Shown here: positions 63,325 through 64,000 of the stretch, piece after piece | How the letters are laid out: the number at the start of each line of letters is the position of its first letter | How positions within the stretch are numbered: position 1 is the stretch's first letter | Assembly (NCBI GenBank): GCA_003246575.1 | Contig: QJZZ01000001.1 | Location: forward strand, 31,978-95,977 | Origin: Candidatus Saccharimonadota bacterium | Lineage (GTDB): Bacteria; Patescibacteriota; Saccharimonadia; Saccharimonadales; Saccharimonadaceae | Direction of reading: 5' to 3' | DNA length: 64,000 nt | Program-made: the position numbers and the translations under genes | The notes under the pieces: generated by a model | Database searches by the model: none | What the model saw: only the letters and a program-made list of their open reading frames with translations | Told to the model about the DNA's origin: nothing

Positions 63325-63741
63325 ATGATGATTAATATGAAGCACCGCTTTCATGGCCACGGCAGTCTCCGGTATGTGTATAAAAACGGAGATATTGCTC
63401 GTTCGCGAAACTTTATCGTCAAGACAACCGTCAATCCTCGACGCGATCATTCGCGCTTCGCGGTAGTGATTAGCAAAAAAACGCTCAAATCAGCCGTGGG
63501 ACGCAATCGAGTTCGCCGTCGAGTCTATGAAGTGCTCCGCCATGAAATAGATAGAGTGGAGGTGCCGCGAGACATTGTCGTTATTGTGGTTTCTGCTGAA
63601 GTTCGGGATATGCCATATGATCAACTTGCGCAGTCGCTCATAGAGACATGTATCAGGGCTGGCATCTATAAAACAGATGAGAAATCTGGTATACTATCTC
63701 TAGTTACAACAACTGACAAAGTGGAGAGTAGTACAGAGTGA
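63325..63741 (+). CDS. rnpA: ribonuclease P protein component
   Basis: Basic protein with AVGRNRVRRRVYEVLR (RNR motif region). Conserved position after rpmH. Confidence 0.85.
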   Translation: MMINMKHRFHGHGSLRYVYKNGDIARSRNFIVKTTVNPRRDHSRFAVVISKKTLKSAVGRNRVRRRVYEVLRHEIDRVEVPRDIVVIVVSAEVRDMPYDQLAQSLIETCIRAGIYKTDEKSGILSLVTTTDKVESSTE

Positions 63742-64000
63742 ATATTTTTGAACTCCTGATTGTTCAGCCGATTTTTAATCTTCTGACATTGATATATGCG
63801 TTAATTCCTAGTGGCGACTTCGGTGTCGCGATTATTTTGTTTACCATTTTGGTTCGTTTTGCGATGTACCCACTCGTCAGGCGCCAACTTCACCAGACAC
63901 GCATGATGCGCAAACTACAGCCGGAACTACAGAAGATCAAAAAGGCAGCCAACGGCAACCGCCAACTCGAAGCCGCTCAGATGATGGAACTCTACAAGCG
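63738..64000 (+). CDS. yidC: membrane protein insertase YidC (N-terminal part; runs off window)
   Basis: The GTG at 63738 overlaps the rnpA stop (GTGA). VNIFELLIVQPIFNLLTLIYALIP..AIILFTILVRFAMYPLVRRQLHQTRMMRKLQPELQKIKK. Confidence 0.85.
   Translation, partial: MNIFELLIVQPIFNLLTLIYALIPSGDFGVAIILFTILVRFAMYPLVRRQLHQTRMMRKLQPELQKIKKAANGNRQLEAAQMMELYK

Overview
This is a 64-kb chromosomal window that ends in the replication-origin neighbourhood (dnaN, dnaA, DnaA-box cluster, rpmH, rnpA, yidC at 60.1-64.0 kb). Genes are tightly packed, and many neighbours overlap at TAATG or ATGA junctions. The content includes FemAB-type genes, N-terminally short Mur ligases, many small secreted or membrane orphans, and multi-copy T4SS-type pilins. 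This resembles a reduced-genome, Gram-positive-type cell, plausibly Patescibacteria/Saccharibacteria-like, but that placement is inference only.

Housekeeping content:
- pyrG (partial).
- A class I ribonucleotide reductase operon that continues into a flavoprotein, a CYTH protein and an Nramp Mn transporter.
- A cytidylyltransferase and two GT4 glycosyltransferases.
- HIT, rlmH, valS, two FemAB genes and tsaD.
- A degenerate Mur-ligase paralogue followed by murE.
- groES/groEL behind a perfect CIRCE element.
- PGI/PMI, a MacB-type ABC pair, comF and hsp20.
- Five tRNAs: all four tRNA-Ser isoacceptors plus tRNA-Arg(GCG).

The main accessory feature is an ~18-kb T4SS-like locus (42.0-60.1 kb). 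It holds four tandem pilin genes, one of them a di-pilin fusion. It also holds two giant VirB6/TrbL-like paralogues, a lipoprotein, a PrgI/VirB3-like protein, VirB4, a lysozyme+CHAP hydrolase and several orphans. No coupling protein, relaxase or integrase is visible in the window. A fifth pilin gene and a 628-aa protein with five 68-aa winged-HTH-like repeats lie just upstream (36.5-40.3 kb).

Other points of interest are partial tRNA copies next to three tRNA genes and two orphan cassettes that share promoter and terminator modules. There is also a 54-codon membrane ORF between groES and groEL, and a class Ic-type NrdB. No rRNA, CRISPR array, transposase or integrase was seen.
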